Shown: positions 1 through 10,032, counted from the stretch's first letter. The stretch is DNA of 64,000 bases from Candidatus Levyibacteriota bacterium (GCA_027459725.1 DAIDHK010000001.1:3411-67410), one strand, 5' to 3'. Notes: a model not told the origin generated them from the sequence alone. A program made the numbers and translations.

Positions 1-2
1 AA

Positions 3-164
3 GGCTTCCATCATCATTTAATCTGTCAGGTATGTGGGGTTATTGAGGATATGGATGATTGCAATATAGATATTTGGGAGAAGGAACTTAGAAAAAAGAA
101 GGGTTTTATTGTCAAAAGACACAGCTTGGAATTCTTCGGGCTGTGTAAAAACTGTCAAAATTAA
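3..164 (+). CDS. Fur-family metalloregulator, C-terminal fragment (probable Zur); 5' end lies outside the window
   Basis: Frame-3 translation GFHHHLICQVCGVIEDMDDCNIDIWEKELRKKKGFIVKRHSLEFFGLCKNCQN* matches the Fur C-terminal HHxHLxCxxCG...C..C metal-site pattern (compare E. coli Fur HHDHLICLDCGKVIEF...LYGHC). TAA stop at 162-164 is 1 nt before the ATG of the metal-binding lipoprotein gene. Confidence 0.8.
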   Translation, partial: GFHHHLICQVCGVIEDMDDCNIDIWEKELRKKKGFIVKRHSLEFFGLCKNCQN

Positions 165-165
165 T

Positions 166-1077
166 ATGAGTAAAAGATTTTTCACTATAACTCTTATTGC
201 AGCTCTGATTATTTTCTCGGGAGGGATAATATTTTTTAGCGGACAGACTAACACACTTAATACGACCAGTACAAAAATCCGCATTGTCGCAGCGGAAAAT
301 TTTTATGGAAATATTGCCTCTCAACTGGGTGGAGCTAATGTTGAGGTAGTAAGTCTACTCTCAGATCCTAATGCTGACCCGCATGAATATGAATCTAGCG
401 TTTCAGATGCTAAAGCAGTGGCAAATGCCAATATAGTTATTGAAAATGGTGATAATTATGACACCTGGATGGATAAATTACTCTCCTCCTCACCTAATAA
501 CTCCCGCATCGTTATAATTGGGGCAAATGTCGCTACAAACAAACTGGTAGATAATCCGCATATTTGGTATAGCGTTGATAATATCAAAGCAGTTGCCCAG
601 TCCATAGACAATGCTTTAAAACATGTTGATCCCTCCAAGGCACAAACTTTTGCAAGTAATCTGACTGCTTTTGATAATTCCCTCTCCCCGATTACGCAAA
701 AAATGGCTGAGATAAAAGCCAAATATAATCAGACTCCGATAGGATTGACTGAGACTATTTTTCTTTATCAAACAGGCCCCATGGGTCTTAAAGTGTTAAC
801 ACCGCTGGCTTTTGAACGCGCCATTGCCGAGGGCAATGATCCTTCAGCTAATGATGTCGCGACATCAAACAATCAGATCTTAAAACATGAAATAAAAGTA
901 TTAATATATAATGAACAAACCATAACCCCTATTACTACAAACCTACAAAATGAAGCTAGAGCGAACAATATTCCGGTTGTTGGAGTGACTGAAACCATGA
1001 CAGCAGATAGTTCTTATCAATCCTGGATGTTAAATCAGTTAAATAATTTACAAAACGCCCTGAAAAGCACAAAATAG
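166..1077 (+). CDS. Metal (Zn/Mn) ABC transporter substrate-binding lipoprotein, ZnuA/TroA/MntC (cluster-9) family
   Basis: N-terminal signal/TM segment MSKRFFTITLIAALIIFSGG, then IRIVAAENFYGNIASQLGG, DPHEYE and NPHIWYS metal-site motifs. The ORF track extends 5' to 109, but the ATG at 166 directly follows the Fur stop. Confidence 0.85.
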   Translation: MSKRFFTITLIAALIIFSGGIIFFSGQTNTLNTTSTKIRIVAAENFYGNIASQLGGANVEVVSLLSDPNADPHEYESSVSDAKAVANANIVIENGDNYDTWMDKLLSSSPNNSRIVIIGANVATNKLVDNPHIWYSVDNIKAVAQSIDNALKHVDPSKAQTFASNLTAFDNSLSPITQKMAEIKAKYNQTPIGLTETIFLYQTGPMGLKVLTPLAFERAIAEGNDPSANDVATSNNQILKHEIKVLIYNEQTITPITTNLQNEARANNIPVVGVTETMTADSSYQSWMLNQLNNLQNALKSTK

Positions 1078-1088
1078 ATCATACTGAC

Positions 1089-1859
1089 ATGCCAGAGGAA
1101 TCAATCATCAGTTTAAAAAATATCAACCTTACACTTTCAAATAGGGTTATCTTAAAAGATGTGAGCCTTAGCATAAATGAAGGTGAGTTTATCGCAATCT
1201 TAGGACCAAACGGGGCGGGAAAAAGCACCTTGCTAAAACTTTTGCTTGGATTGTATAAACCCAGTTCTGGAATGATCAGCATTTTTGGCTCGTCACCAAA
1301 AAGAGGCAATAAATTTATTGGTTATGCACCTCAACACCGTACTCTGGAGGCAGATATGGCACTTCGTGCGCGCGACGTGGTAGGTTTTGGCCTTGATGGT
1401 ACCCATTGGGGAATCGGTTTTCCCAGTAAACATAAAACCAAACTAATTGAAAAGGCCTTGGATGAGGTTGACATGCTAAGATATGCCAACAGTCCGGTTG
1501 GTAAACTTTCTGGTGGAGAACAACAAAGACTGCTAATCGCTCAAGCACTGCTTACCAACCCTAAGATACTCCTTCTGGATGAACCATTAGCCAGTTTAGA
1601 CATTACACATGCCAATACTATTATCAATCTGGTTAAATCAATTGCAAAAAAAAGAAATATAACCGTGCTTTTGGTTACCCATGACGTCAATCCACTACTC
1701 GCAGTTATTGACAGAGTCGTATATATTGCCAATACCCACAGTGCTATTGGTAAACCCTCTGAAATTATTACCAGCGAGGTTCTCTCCAAACTATACGCCT
1801 CGCCCATCGAGGTCATCCAAACAAAAGGCAGAATGTTTGTAATTGGGGAAGAGTTATAG
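1089..1859 (+). CDS. Metal ABC transporter ATP-binding protein (ZnuC/TroB-like)
   Basis: Walker A GPNGAGKST, ABC signature LSGGEQQR, Walker B LLLDEP. Confidence 0.9.
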   Translation: MPEESIISLKNINLTLSNRVILKDVSLSINEGEFIAILGPNGAGKSTLLKLLLGLYKPSSGMISIFGSSPKRGNKFIGYAPQHRTLEADMALRARDVVGFGLDGTHWGIGFPSKHKTKLIEKALDEVDMLRYANSPVGKLSGGEQQRLLIAQALLTNPKILLLDEPLASLDITHANTIINLVKSIAKKRNITVLLVTHDVNPLLAVIDRVVYIANTHSAIGKPSEIITSEVLSKLYASPIEVIQTKGRMFVIGEEL

Positions 1860-1866
1860 AAATAAT

Positions 1867-2664
1867 ATGTATGTAATTTCACTCCTACAGTATCCCTTCA
1901 TGCAAAACGCACTTATAGCAGCTACCTTTGTTGCGCTGATTGCCCCACTCGTGGGATATTTTTTACTCCTTAGACGTTTAACTTTTGCCGGTCATGCTCT
2001 TTCGCATATCGGATTTGCGGGAGCTGCCGGTGCAGTTCTGCTTGGTGTTGATCCGGTTTTTGGACTACTGGTCTTTACTATAATCTCAGGAATAGGCATA
2101 GGAATTATAGGCAGACGATTTCATGAACGCGACATCACGATTGGTATTATCTTAACTCTGGCTCTTTCATTGGGTGTATTATTTCTCTTTCTTTACCAGG
2201 GATACGCTGAGGAGGCTTACAGCATCTTATTTGGAACCATACTCGGGGTAAGTAAAACCGATGTCATAATGACCATTATTTTTAGTATTCTAACCTTTCT
2301 TTGTATGATAGGCATTTACCGTCCATTGTTATTTAGCTCTTTTGACCCCCAGGTTGCCGAGGCATCAGGCGTACCAACTCAGTTTTTGTCCATATTATTT
2401 CTTATCCTTTTGGCAGTTACTGTCTCAATCGCGGTACAAATTGTAGGTATATTGTTAATATTCACTCTTCTGGTAGGTCCTGTCGCCACCGCAATGCGGC
2501 TGACTAAAAAACCAGTTTCGACTATTGGACTGGCGATTATCTTCGCCCTGTTATTTTCCTGGATGGGAATACTCTTAGCAGCAAGCACAAATCTACCTGT
2601 AACATTTTATATAACAAGTTTATCATTTCTAGCCTATATGGCAGTACGTTTTCTGCCTGTTTGA
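1867..2664 (+). CDS. Metal ABC transporter permease (ABC-3 family, ZnuB/TroC-like)
   Basis: Polytopic membrane protein paralogous to the next ORF. Start moved to the internal ATG (MYVISLL) that does not overlap the ATPase. Ends with TGA. Confidence 0.85.
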   Translation: MYVISLLQYPFMQNALIAATFVALIAPLVGYFLLLRRLTFAGHALSHIGFAGAAGAVLLGVDPVFGLLVFTIISGIGIGIIGRRFHERDITIGIILTLALSLGVLFLFLYQGYAEEAYSILFGTILGVSKTDVIMTIIFSILTFLCMIGIYRPLLFSSFDPQVAEASGVPTQFLSILFLILLAVTVSIAVQIVGILLIFTLLVGPVATAMRLTKKPVSTIGLAIIFALLFSWMGILLAASTNLPVTFYITSLSFLAYMAVRFLPV

Positions 2665-2673
2665 ACAAATATT

Positions 2674-3522
2674 ATGATACATTTACTGCAATATCAATTT
2701 ATACAATACGCCTTTTTGTCAGGAACGCTCACGGCGATAATCTGCGCGATTGTGGGATATTTTGTGGTCATACGCTCGCAGGCATTTGCGGCCGAGTCCT
2801 TTACAGAGATTGGATTTGCCGGAGCAACTGGTGCTCCCTTGCTTGGATTAAGTTCGCTGGTGGGAACTTTTATCGCCTCTATCTTAGCCGCGATTGGTAT
2901 AGCAACTATTGGTAAGCGCATACAGGGACGCGATGTGGAGGTAGGAATGGTGCTATCATTTGCCATGGGCCTTGGAGTATTGTTCTTAAAATTATATACC
3001 ACCAATGCAAGTGAAACAGTTAGCATTCTATTCGGCTCAATCCTTAGCGTCACCACATCTGATGTAATTATTAATTTTGTTACCTCTTTATTCACACTTT
3101 TTGTGCTTATTTTTATATTTCGTCCCTTGTTATTCTCATCCATTGATCCCCAAGTAGCCCTGGCCAGAGGTATTCCTGTACGGGCTTTATCAGTAATTTT
3201 TATGATTCTGGTTAGTATAACTATTGCTGAGGCGATATTAGTCGTTGGCGTTTTGTTGGCTTTTTCTCTGCTTATAGCGCCAGCTGCAACTGCTTTGCAT
3301 CTAAGCCGTCGTCCCCTGTTAACGATTCTTATAGCTATCTGCTTTGGCGTATTATCCACCTGGGCAGGTTTACTGTTGGCTTTTTATCTGCATGGCCCGG
3401 TAAGCTTTTTTATTGCCGGATTATCATCAGTTGGCTATCTGCTTATAACCCAAATAATGCATCGTGTAGAACCTGGTATTTTTGTCCCTTTTTACCGCCC
3501 GGTAACAGAAAAAAAATCCTAA
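2674..3522 (+). CDS. Second metal ABC transporter permease (ABC-3 family, TroD-like)
   Basis: Paralog of the previous ORF (shared FAGATGAPLLG, ILFGSILSV and RPLLFSSIDPQVA blocks). Two-permease Tro-type architecture. Confidence 0.85.
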   Translation: MIHLLQYQFIQYAFLSGTLTAIICAIVGYFVVIRSQAFAAESFTEIGFAGATGAPLLGLSSLVGTFIASILAAIGIATIGKRIQGRDVEVGMVLSFAMGLGVLFLKLYTTNASETVSILFGSILSVTTSDVIINFVTSLFTLFVLIFIFRPLLFSSIDPQVALARGIPVRALSVIFMILVSITIAEAILVVGVLLAFSLLIAPAATALHLSRRPLLTILIAICFGVLSTWAGLLLAFYLHGPVSFFIAGLSSVGYLLITQIMHRVEPGIFVPFYRPVTEKKS

Positions 3523-3609
3523 ATATTTTTTAATCGGGTCAATTGCTGAGAAATGAAAGTAACGATCACCAAGAACTGAAAAATACGTCGTATCAACTTA
3601 GGCCAATGA

Positions 3610-4087
3610 TCACAGACTCCTTCCTGTAGTCCTCCGGCTGACTTGACTCGAGCTATCATATGAGGGCGACTTTTTACTCTCTTTCTGTGCACTACATAGC
3701 TCTGGATATTTGTTCATAATCTTCTGGATGGTATTGTGCCTAGTAATAATCCCTTGGCCTTTTAACTCTGCCTGAATTTCATAATTTGACTTCTCCTTAT
3801 CCTTCTCCCGTATTGCATAAACGAAGTTTTTTATGTCATTGGAGGTGTCTTCTGCCTCACCTTCTTTGGTCACCGTTGGCTTGTATTATCTTCCAATGTC
3901 TGTAATCGTCAATCGTCTCTGCCAAGGGATAAAATGTATCTGGAGATACACCAAAGTATAGGCAGGTTAGTGAGGCATTCTTGTCATGAGAAAAACAGTA
4001 ATTAAACCATGATAACCGTTTCATCCCGTCCCAGAATAAATTACTTTTGACTCGAGTTTTATCTTGGGAAATAACTTGAATACTCAC
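3610..4087 (-). mobile_element. IS630/Tc1-family transposase remnant: N-terminal HTH domains only, frameshifted, DDE domain absent
   Basis: Two adjacent minus-strand ORF fragments (3857..4087 and 3610..3873) in different frames. LTCLYFGVSPDTFYPLAE resembles the first HTH of IS630 transposases (FGVSxxTxYRW pattern). YEIQAELKGQGIITRHNTIQKIMNKY resembles the second HTH. No catalytic domain follows. Confidence 0.5.
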
Positions 4088-4166
4088 ATGTACGAGCCTG
4101 ACTCTTGTAAAACTTATGAACTGTAATGGATGTATTGTGACCTAGGCAACTATGGACAATGACAAC

Positions 4167-5351
4167 TTACTCATATCGGAGTGCGTCAATGGGATTCATT
4201 TTAGCCGCTCTTTGCGCAGGATAAATACCAAAAAGTAAACCTATGAGTATAGAAACAATAACCGCGGCTATTATAGACCCAAGCGGCAATGTAAAAGGCA
4301 CCTTAAGAATGCTTGATAATAACAATCCCACTCCCATACCCAATATAGTACCGATTAATCCACCAGATACGGTTAAAACAACAGCTTCGATTAGAAACTG
4401 CACCAGAATATTATTTCTGGTAGCACCAATAGCCTTGAGAAGACCTATTTCTCTGGTTCGCTCAGTCACTGTTACCAGCATAATATTCATAATGCCAATT
4501 CCCCCCACTAGCAGTGATATAGCAGCAATGCCTGCGAGCACACCGCTTAGAATACCTGTAATAGTCCCTACCGTTGCCAAAAGATCCTTGGAAGTATAAA
4601 TTGCATACTTTTTAATAACATTGGGATCAGTAATATTATGCCGATCAATAATTAATTGTTTAACCTCAAGTGCTGTCACATCCACCATATTACTGTTAGT
4701 AACCGCCGCCTCAATATCAGTCAGCGTCTGGGTACCCGCCACGGTATTCATAGCCGTAGTTACCGGGATATAGATAGAATTATCAGGATCACCCGCAATT
4801 GAGCTGCCTTTGGCCTGGAGTACACCTACAATATAAAATGAGCTATTGCCAATCTGGATCAGTTTACCCACCGGATTTGAATCAGCTCCGAATAAATCAG
4901 TTACAACCTGTGAGCCAAGAACTGCGACACTGCTGTATGAAGTCACATCGTCATCAGTAAAAAAGTTTCCGTACTGTGGAGTAAGAGAAAGCATATCAGC
5001 ATATGAAGGAGTAACACCATTGACACTGACACTTGTACTTTGTCCATTGGCAGACACAGTTTTTGTAGATACAACTTGTTGTGCCACTAAATTAATCTGT
5101 GGCACCTGCTGGGCAATAGCTGTTGCATCATTACGGGTTAAAGGAATATCCGGAGTTGAAACAATATATAATAAATTAGTACCCAAAGCAGAAATCTTGG
5201 AAGTAATAGCAGCAGTTGCCCCCTGGCTGATAATGAGAACAAGTGTAACGGCAAAAATTCCGATAATAATTCCCAGCATGGTCAGAAAGGTACGCAGGAT
5301 ATTAGCCCGCAATGATCTAACAGCCGTAGCAAAAACTTCCGAATAATTCAT
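4167..5351 (-). CDS. ABC transporter permease, MacB/FtsX-like (N-terminal TM, large extracytoplasmic domain, C-terminal FtsX TM bundle)
   Basis: MNYSEVFATAVRSLRANILRTFLTMLGIIIGIFAV N-terminus typical of MacB-type permeases. C-terminal 3-TM bundle. Overlaps the upstream ATPase by 4 nt. Confidence 0.85.
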   Translation of the reverse strand: MNYSEVFATAVRSLRANILRTFLTMLGIIIGIFAVTLVLIISQGATAAITSKISALGTNLLYIVSTPDIPLTRNDATAIAQQVPQINLVAQQVVSTKTVSANGQSTSVSVNGVTPSYADMLSLTPQYGNFFTDDDVTSYSSVAVLGSQVVTDLFGADSNPVGKLIQIGNSSFYIVGVLQAKGSSIAGDPDNSIYIPVTTAMNTVAGTQTLTDIEAAVTNSNMVDVTALEVKQLIIDRHNITDPNVIKKYAIYTSKDLLATVGTITGILSGVLAGIAAISLLVGGIGIMNIMLVTVTERTREIGLLKAIGATRNNILVQFLIEAVVLTVSGGLIGTILGMGVGLLLSSILKVPFTLPLGSIIAAVIVSILIGLLFGIYPAQRAAKMNPIDALRYE

Positions 5352-6073
5352 TTTTTAACTCCTTTGGTTTTATGCGTATTCTTTTCATCCGAAACAATTA
5401 TTCCGTCACGAATCAGGATTATCCGGTCAGCATACGATGCAATATCCGGTTCATGAGTGATAACTACAATTGTGTGTCCCTGAGTATGCAGGGTTTGAAA
5501 AAACGACATAATTTCATGGGAGGTTTTACTGTCCAGATTTCCGGTTGGCTCATCAGCCAGAAGTAGTGAGGGATTCATAACCAGAGCCCTGGCAATTGCT
5601 ACACGCTGAATCTGACCGCCTGAAATCTGATTGGACAAATTATCCGCCTTTTCCTCCAGATGAACTAAACGAAGCATTTCCATTGCCCGTTCCCGTCTTT
5701 TTTCCGGTGGATAAAGCGTACTAAAAGACATCGGTCTCTCCACATTTTTAATCACACTGGTTCTTGATAACAAATTAAATGACTGGAAGACAAACCCTAT
5801 TTCTTCATTGCGTATATGCGCCAGCTGATCATCGGTATAATTGGAAATATCCTTGTCATTAAGCAGATACTTTCCACTGGTTGGCGTATCAAGAGCTCCC
5901 ATGATATGCATAGTGGTTGATTTGCCACTACCCGATGGACCCATAATTGCCACAAATTCCTCACGCTCAATTTTCACTGTCAAATCATGCAGTGCCTCAT
6001 ATTCGTTGTCACCTGTTTTATATACTTTGCGTATATGCTGGAAATCTATAAGAGGTTTATTGAGCTTATTCAT
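5348..6073 (-). CDS. ABC transporter ATP-binding protein (MacB/LolD-type)
   Basis: GPSGSGKST Walker A, LSGGQIQRVAIARAL signature, LLLADEPTGNLD Walker B. Confidence 0.9.
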   Translation of the reverse strand: MNKLNKPLIDFQHIRKVYKTGDNEYEALHDLTVKIEREEFVAIMGPSGSGKSTTMHIMGALDTPTSGKYLLNDKDISNYTDDQLAHIRNEEIGFVFQSFNLLSRTSVIKNVERPMSFSTLYPPEKRRERAMEMLRLVHLEEKADNLSNQISGGQIQRVAIARALVMNPSLLLADEPTGNLDSKTSHEIMSFFQTLHTQGHTIVVITHEPDIASYADRIILIRDGIIVSDEKNTHKTKGVKK

Positions 6074-6083
6074 AAAGCATCTT

Positions 6084-7346
6084 TTAACCGCCGCTATTTG
6101 GACCGCCTGATTGGTTGTTGGTTAATTGTGTATTACCCAGTATTACTTTTGCTCCGTTACTTACACCCTTTAATACTTCACTGCGCGAAAATCCGCGCAA
6201 ACCAATTAACACGGGCACAAATTTTACTTTGCCGTTTTTACCAACAATTTGAACCGCTTTACCGTTCTGATAAGGAATAATCGCTGCATTGGCAACTGTC
6301 AGGACATTATCTTTATGTGCGGTATAAATTGTCAGATTTGCCGACATACCAGGCTTAACCAAATTATCGGCATTGGTAATTTTTAAGAAGACGTTATAAG
6401 TTACAACTCCGTTTGTTTGGGTACCGTAACTGTCAATCTGTATGATATTGGCACTATACGTTTTATTAGGAATTCCACTGAATGTTACATCAGCTTTTTG
6501 TCCAAGTGCGACTTTATTAATATCCACCTCACTTACAGTTGTTTGAATAGATGATCCATGGTTAGTACCAATAATCATAACTGGTGTAATTACAGTCGTA
6601 GTCGCACTAGCCTGGGAACTCGAGGTTTCCGCCTGAACTTTAGCACCGGTTAGACCAATGATATTGGCCACAATTCCGTTAGTAGAGGCCGTGATAGTAG
6701 CGTTTTGGGTTGCCTGATATGCCAGATAATAACTATTTAACGCAGCCTGATCTTTGGCAATGACTGATTGTTGATTTTTGTAATTAGCCTGGGCGGCCAG
6801 CCAGTTGTCCTGGGCAGTAGTAAATTCGGGCAAAACACGGTTAGTATAATTTGGTGAACCATCACTTTTCTGATAGGTAGAATTAGTCGCTAAATCAGTA
6901 AAGGTTTTCCAATCCGAGAACATAGTTGATTGCAGGGAATACAGCGTAGCATTGTCAGCATTAAGCGTGCTTTGAGCAGATAGATAATTAGCATAAGCTG
7001 CTGCCTGTTCCTGAGCTGTAGCTGTACTTCTGACAGTAAATAACTTTTCACCCACGGTTACACTGTCACCATTTTTAACAAACAATTGATCCAGTACTCC
7101 GTTCGCCGGCGAATAAACATCTGTCTGATTTGAAGAAGTCACTGTACCGTTTTCCGTTACGAGCTGATCAATATTACCTAAAGAGACAGTATCAAAGGTG
7201 TACTGCTGTGTGGGAGAGGGAGAAAATATATTTTTTATAATTAGAAGTAAAATCAAAAAAACTACGATCACCAGAACTTTTTTCTTCCAAGAGGTATGTA
7301 AAAACCAGCGCCAGAATCTTAGTGGAGACTTAAGTATTACCTTCAT
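6084..7346 (-). CDS. HlyD-family periplasmic adaptor / membrane fusion protein (MacA-like)
   Basis: N-terminal TM anchor, beta/coiled-coil/beta organisation, barrel-sandwich motifs (VKNGDSVTVGEKLF...). First gene of the three-gene exporter operon. Confidence 0.75.
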   Translation of the reverse strand: MKVILKSPLRFWRWFLHTSWKKKVLVIVVFLILLLIIKNIFSPSPTQQYTFDTVSLGNIDQLVTENGTVTSSNQTDVYSPANGVLDQLFVKNGDSVTVGEKLFTVRSTATAQEQAAAYANYLSAQSTLNADNATLYSLQSTMFSDWKTFTDLATNSTYQKSDGSPNYTNRVLPEFTTAQDNWLAAQANYKNQQSVIAKDQAALNSYYLAYQATQNATITASTNGIVANIIGLTGAKVQAETSSSQASATTTVITPVMIIGTNHGSSIQTTVSEVDINKVALGQKADVTFSGIPNKTYSANIIQIDSYGTQTNGVVTYNVFLKITNADNLVKPGMSANLTIYTAHKDNVLTVANAAIIPYQNGKAVQIVGKNGKVKFVPVLIGLRGFSRSEVLKGVSNGAKVILGNTQLTNNQSGGPNSGG

Positions 7347-7475
7347 CAGACTTAGCTTAGCATTTTACAGCTTCAAAATCCAGTCAACTGACATTTCTTG
7401 AAAAGGTATTACTAGTTATTATATTTAATATTTCAAGAAAATTAGGTCTTAATATGATATTATGAAAAAATTATA

Positions 7476-8036
7476 ATGCATCATTTTACTTACAATAAAA
7501 ACCAACGAAGAAAAATTCTTAATCCTGATTTAATTTTGCAGCAAGCAGGACTGAAAAAAGGTATGATAATGGTCGATCTGGGGTGCAATGATGGTTATTT
7601 CTCAATTCCCGCTGCATCAATTGTCAAAGAGACAGGAAAAATATTAGGCATAGACATCGACGAAATAGCAGTTAAAAGGTTAAAAGATACAGCAAGTGAA
7701 AATAATTTACTTAACATTTATACTTTTATCAGTAGTGCTGAAGATTTTTTACCTGGAGAAAACTTTGTCGACCTGATACTATTATCAACTGTTCTGCATG
7801 ACTTTAGCGACCCTTTAAAAGTTTTGCGTAATGCTAACAAAATGCTCAAGACTACAGGTAAACTAGTAAATATTGACTGGATAAAGCAGCATTCAGACTT
7901 TGGTCCACCCTTTGAAAAACGTTTCAGTTCTGATAAGGCACGGAATTTACTTGAACAAACAGGTTTTTCAATTACTCTAACTGATGAAATAAATGACTTA
8001 TTTTATAGACAAACTACTATCAAAAAAATAACTTAG
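7476..8036 (+). CDS. Class I SAM-dependent methyltransferase (small, stand-alone)
   Basis: Motif I VDLGCNDGYFS, motif II ILGIDIDE, motif III-like VDLILLSTVLHDF. Confidence 0.7.
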   Translation: MHHFTYNKNQRRKILNPDLILQQAGLKKGMIMVDLGCNDGYFSIPAASIVKETGKILGIDIDEIAVKRLKDTASENNLLNIYTFISSAEDFLPGENFVDLILLSTVLHDFSDPLKVLRNANKMLKTTGKLVNIDWIKQHSDFGPPFEKRFSSDKARNLLEQTGFSITLTDEINDLFYRQTTIKKIT

Positions 8037-8365
8037 CAAGCTTATTTATTTTTACAAAATTAAAATCTCTTCGAGCTGTTTCTCAGAATATAAACAAAAT
8101 ACCTGATACGATTAAAGTAGGCAAACTTGGTGGTTAATTACAAGAAGAATAGGTGATCTAAAAAATGAATCCGTATATGCCGTAAAATTAACAAATAAAA
8201 TAAAAACAGGTTGCTAAAGGGCGATAAAAGCTTGCTAGAATAAATAATTGTTATAAAAAGTTGGATATTCACATGGCATAGTTTACAAGAATGCTGTCCA
8301 TTGCCACACAGTTCAATTTATCAAACTAGCCAGTCTTTTGTATTTTCTGAGAAAAATACATTTAA

Positions 8366-9424
8366 TTACTTAGCGGCGGATTTTGCGTAAATGAAGAAGG
8401 TGTTTTGAGGGTCAGCACCAATACAACCATCTGTAATCGAGGCATTATTTATAGCAAATCCTTTTTTTGTATACCAGTCGTTAGCAGCAGGAATTGCCTG
8501 ATCTACTGGTAATGTTGGAGTATATTCATAAAATTCCTGCGTAAAACCACTAAAGTAGGCTTGCTGGAATTGTGGATTAGCTGTATCTTCCAAGAAATGC
8601 TGGCTCCAAGGAAAATTCTTATTACCGGCGGCTTCTGTTAATATTTTTTTCACATATACACAGAGATGCTGGTTTTCATTTAAAGGCGAAAGTCCATCTG
8701 CAGTTCTTTTTTGATTAATTAGGGTAAATATTTGTTGCGAGAATTGATCAGCTTGAACTTGAGTATACTGAGCTGTAGATGTTTGTGTCAGATGACCACC
8801 CTTAACACCAGCAACAACCGCTAATAATGTTAATCCAACTACGGCAATAACTCCGATTATTAAAAAACCAAAGACTAGAAAAATAGCCAGAACTGTATGG
8901 GGCTTTTTGTCAGTAGGAACAACAACTGTTCCCGCCATTTTGTCATGCCAACCTTGCTTTTTACTGTCCCATGCTACCCACAAGAATCCTAAACAGAAAA
9001 CAATTGCAGACACTAGATATCCAATATAACGAATAACTGCAGAACCAATATCCATTGGTTGTCCGCTCTCCTTAACAACTCTAATTGCGAGTAATTTATT
9101 GCCGAGAGTTTGACCATTTTGGTTAACCCAGAAGAAAATAAAATAAGCCACCCCAATTAAAAAACTCAATCCGAAATTAGTTGTGGGAACATTTTGTGTA
9201 GCGGATGTCGTAAAATGAAAACCGCCAGGAGCATTCACTGCCATTCCTATTATTCCAAGAATCAAACCATCTACGCTATAGGCTAAGAATCTTCTCCAAA
9301 ATCCGATATATTGTTGAGGTAATGTAGGGGGTGTATTTTGAACATCCTGAGTCTGCTGAGTTGATTGTGTATTTTGAACATCCTGAGTCTGCTGAGTTGA
9401 TTGTGTATTTTGAATAGTTTGCAT
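8366..9424 (-). CDS. RDD-family membrane protein with Gln/Thr-rich N-terminal repeats and a C-terminal extracytoplasmic domain
   Basis: FWRRFLAYSVDGLILGIIG RDD signature. N-terminal QSTQQTQDVQNT duplicated (36-bp DNA tandem repeat). Third TM followed by a roughly 150-aa outside domain. Confidence 0.7.
   Translation of the reverse strand: MQTIQNTQSTQQTQDVQNTQSTQQTQDVQNTPPTLPQQYIGFWRRFLAYSVDGLILGIIGMAVNAPGGFHFTTSATQNVPTTNFGLSFLIGVAYFIFFWVNQNGQTLGNKLLAIRVVKESGQPMDIGSAVIRYIGYLVSAIVFCLGFLWVAWDSKKQGWHDKMAGTVVVPTDKKPHTVLAIFLVFGFLIIGVIAVVGLTLLAVVAGVKGGHLTQTSTAQYTQVQADQFSQQIFTLINQKRTADGLSPLNENQHLCVYVKKILTEAAGNKNFPWSQHFLEDTANPQFQQAYFSGFTQEFYEYTPTLPVDQAIPAANDWYTKKGFAINNASITDGCIGADPQNTFFIYAKSAAK
9333..9414. 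repeat. 36-bp perfect tandem duplication (2 copies plus a partial third) inside the 5' end of the RDD gene
   Basis: gtattttgaacatcctgagtctgctgagttgattgt occurs at 9333-9368 and 9369-9404 and restarts at 9405. Confidence 0.9.
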
Positions 9425-9432
9425 TTATTTTA

Positions 9433-9672
9433 TTAAGTAATTGGTTTGCCAACCAGTATCATAGAAATAAAATTAATCAAAAATACAAAAACCCAAAAAC
9501 CAACTGCTGTAATAAAACACCAAAGCATAACTTTTTTATATGTTCTTCTACTATTCTGATCTTTGGTATTTGCTCTAACAATGGCAAAGATAATACCAAG
9601 AATGATCCCGATAAATAGCCAGGGAATCGCGATAAAGGATAATATGATAAGTATTACATTTAATATAACCAT
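9433..9672 (-). CDS. Small two-TM membrane protein, function unknown
   Basis: Hydrophobic 79-aa ORF immediately upstream of, and co-oriented with, the RDD gene. Low information. Confidence 0.4.
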   Translation of the reverse strand: MVILNVILIILSFIAIPWLFIGIILGIIFAIVRANTKDQNSRRTYKKVMLWCFITAVGFWVFVFLINFISMILVGKPIT

Positions 9673-10032
9673 CTATTCGATTAACTCATGTATTGATACT
9701 TTTGTCAAGTTAGGCAGCAAAATATGTCTTTTCAACTAGAGATACCTCCTTCTATTCTTAAAATTGGTGATAAGTAAAGGTACACATACAACCAGCAGAA
9801 ACAACAGTAATATCTTCTGTTCAATTTTTACTTTAGGCAGACGTATTAAAATTAATGTAGTTTAATTATCTTTAAATTGCCAAATAAAGTAAGGCTATTT
9901 CAATGATAAATAAACTAAAACACTCTTTTTTTGGCAATAAATCAAATTTATCAGATAACTTACGACATACGGGTAACAGAATGAGTTTCCCCTAAACGAT
10001 AATCTAAATTATCTGCTTATGAATATAAATTG

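Noticed and set aside
2694-3359. 221-aa minus-strand ORF
   Set aside because: Entirely antisense to a well-supported ABC-3 permease. It has low-complexity Ile/Ala-rich composition typical of shadow ORFs.
4243-5346. Plus-strand ORFs (118 and 166 aa) inside the MacB-like permease gene
   Set aside because: Antisense to a strongly supported permease. No motifs.
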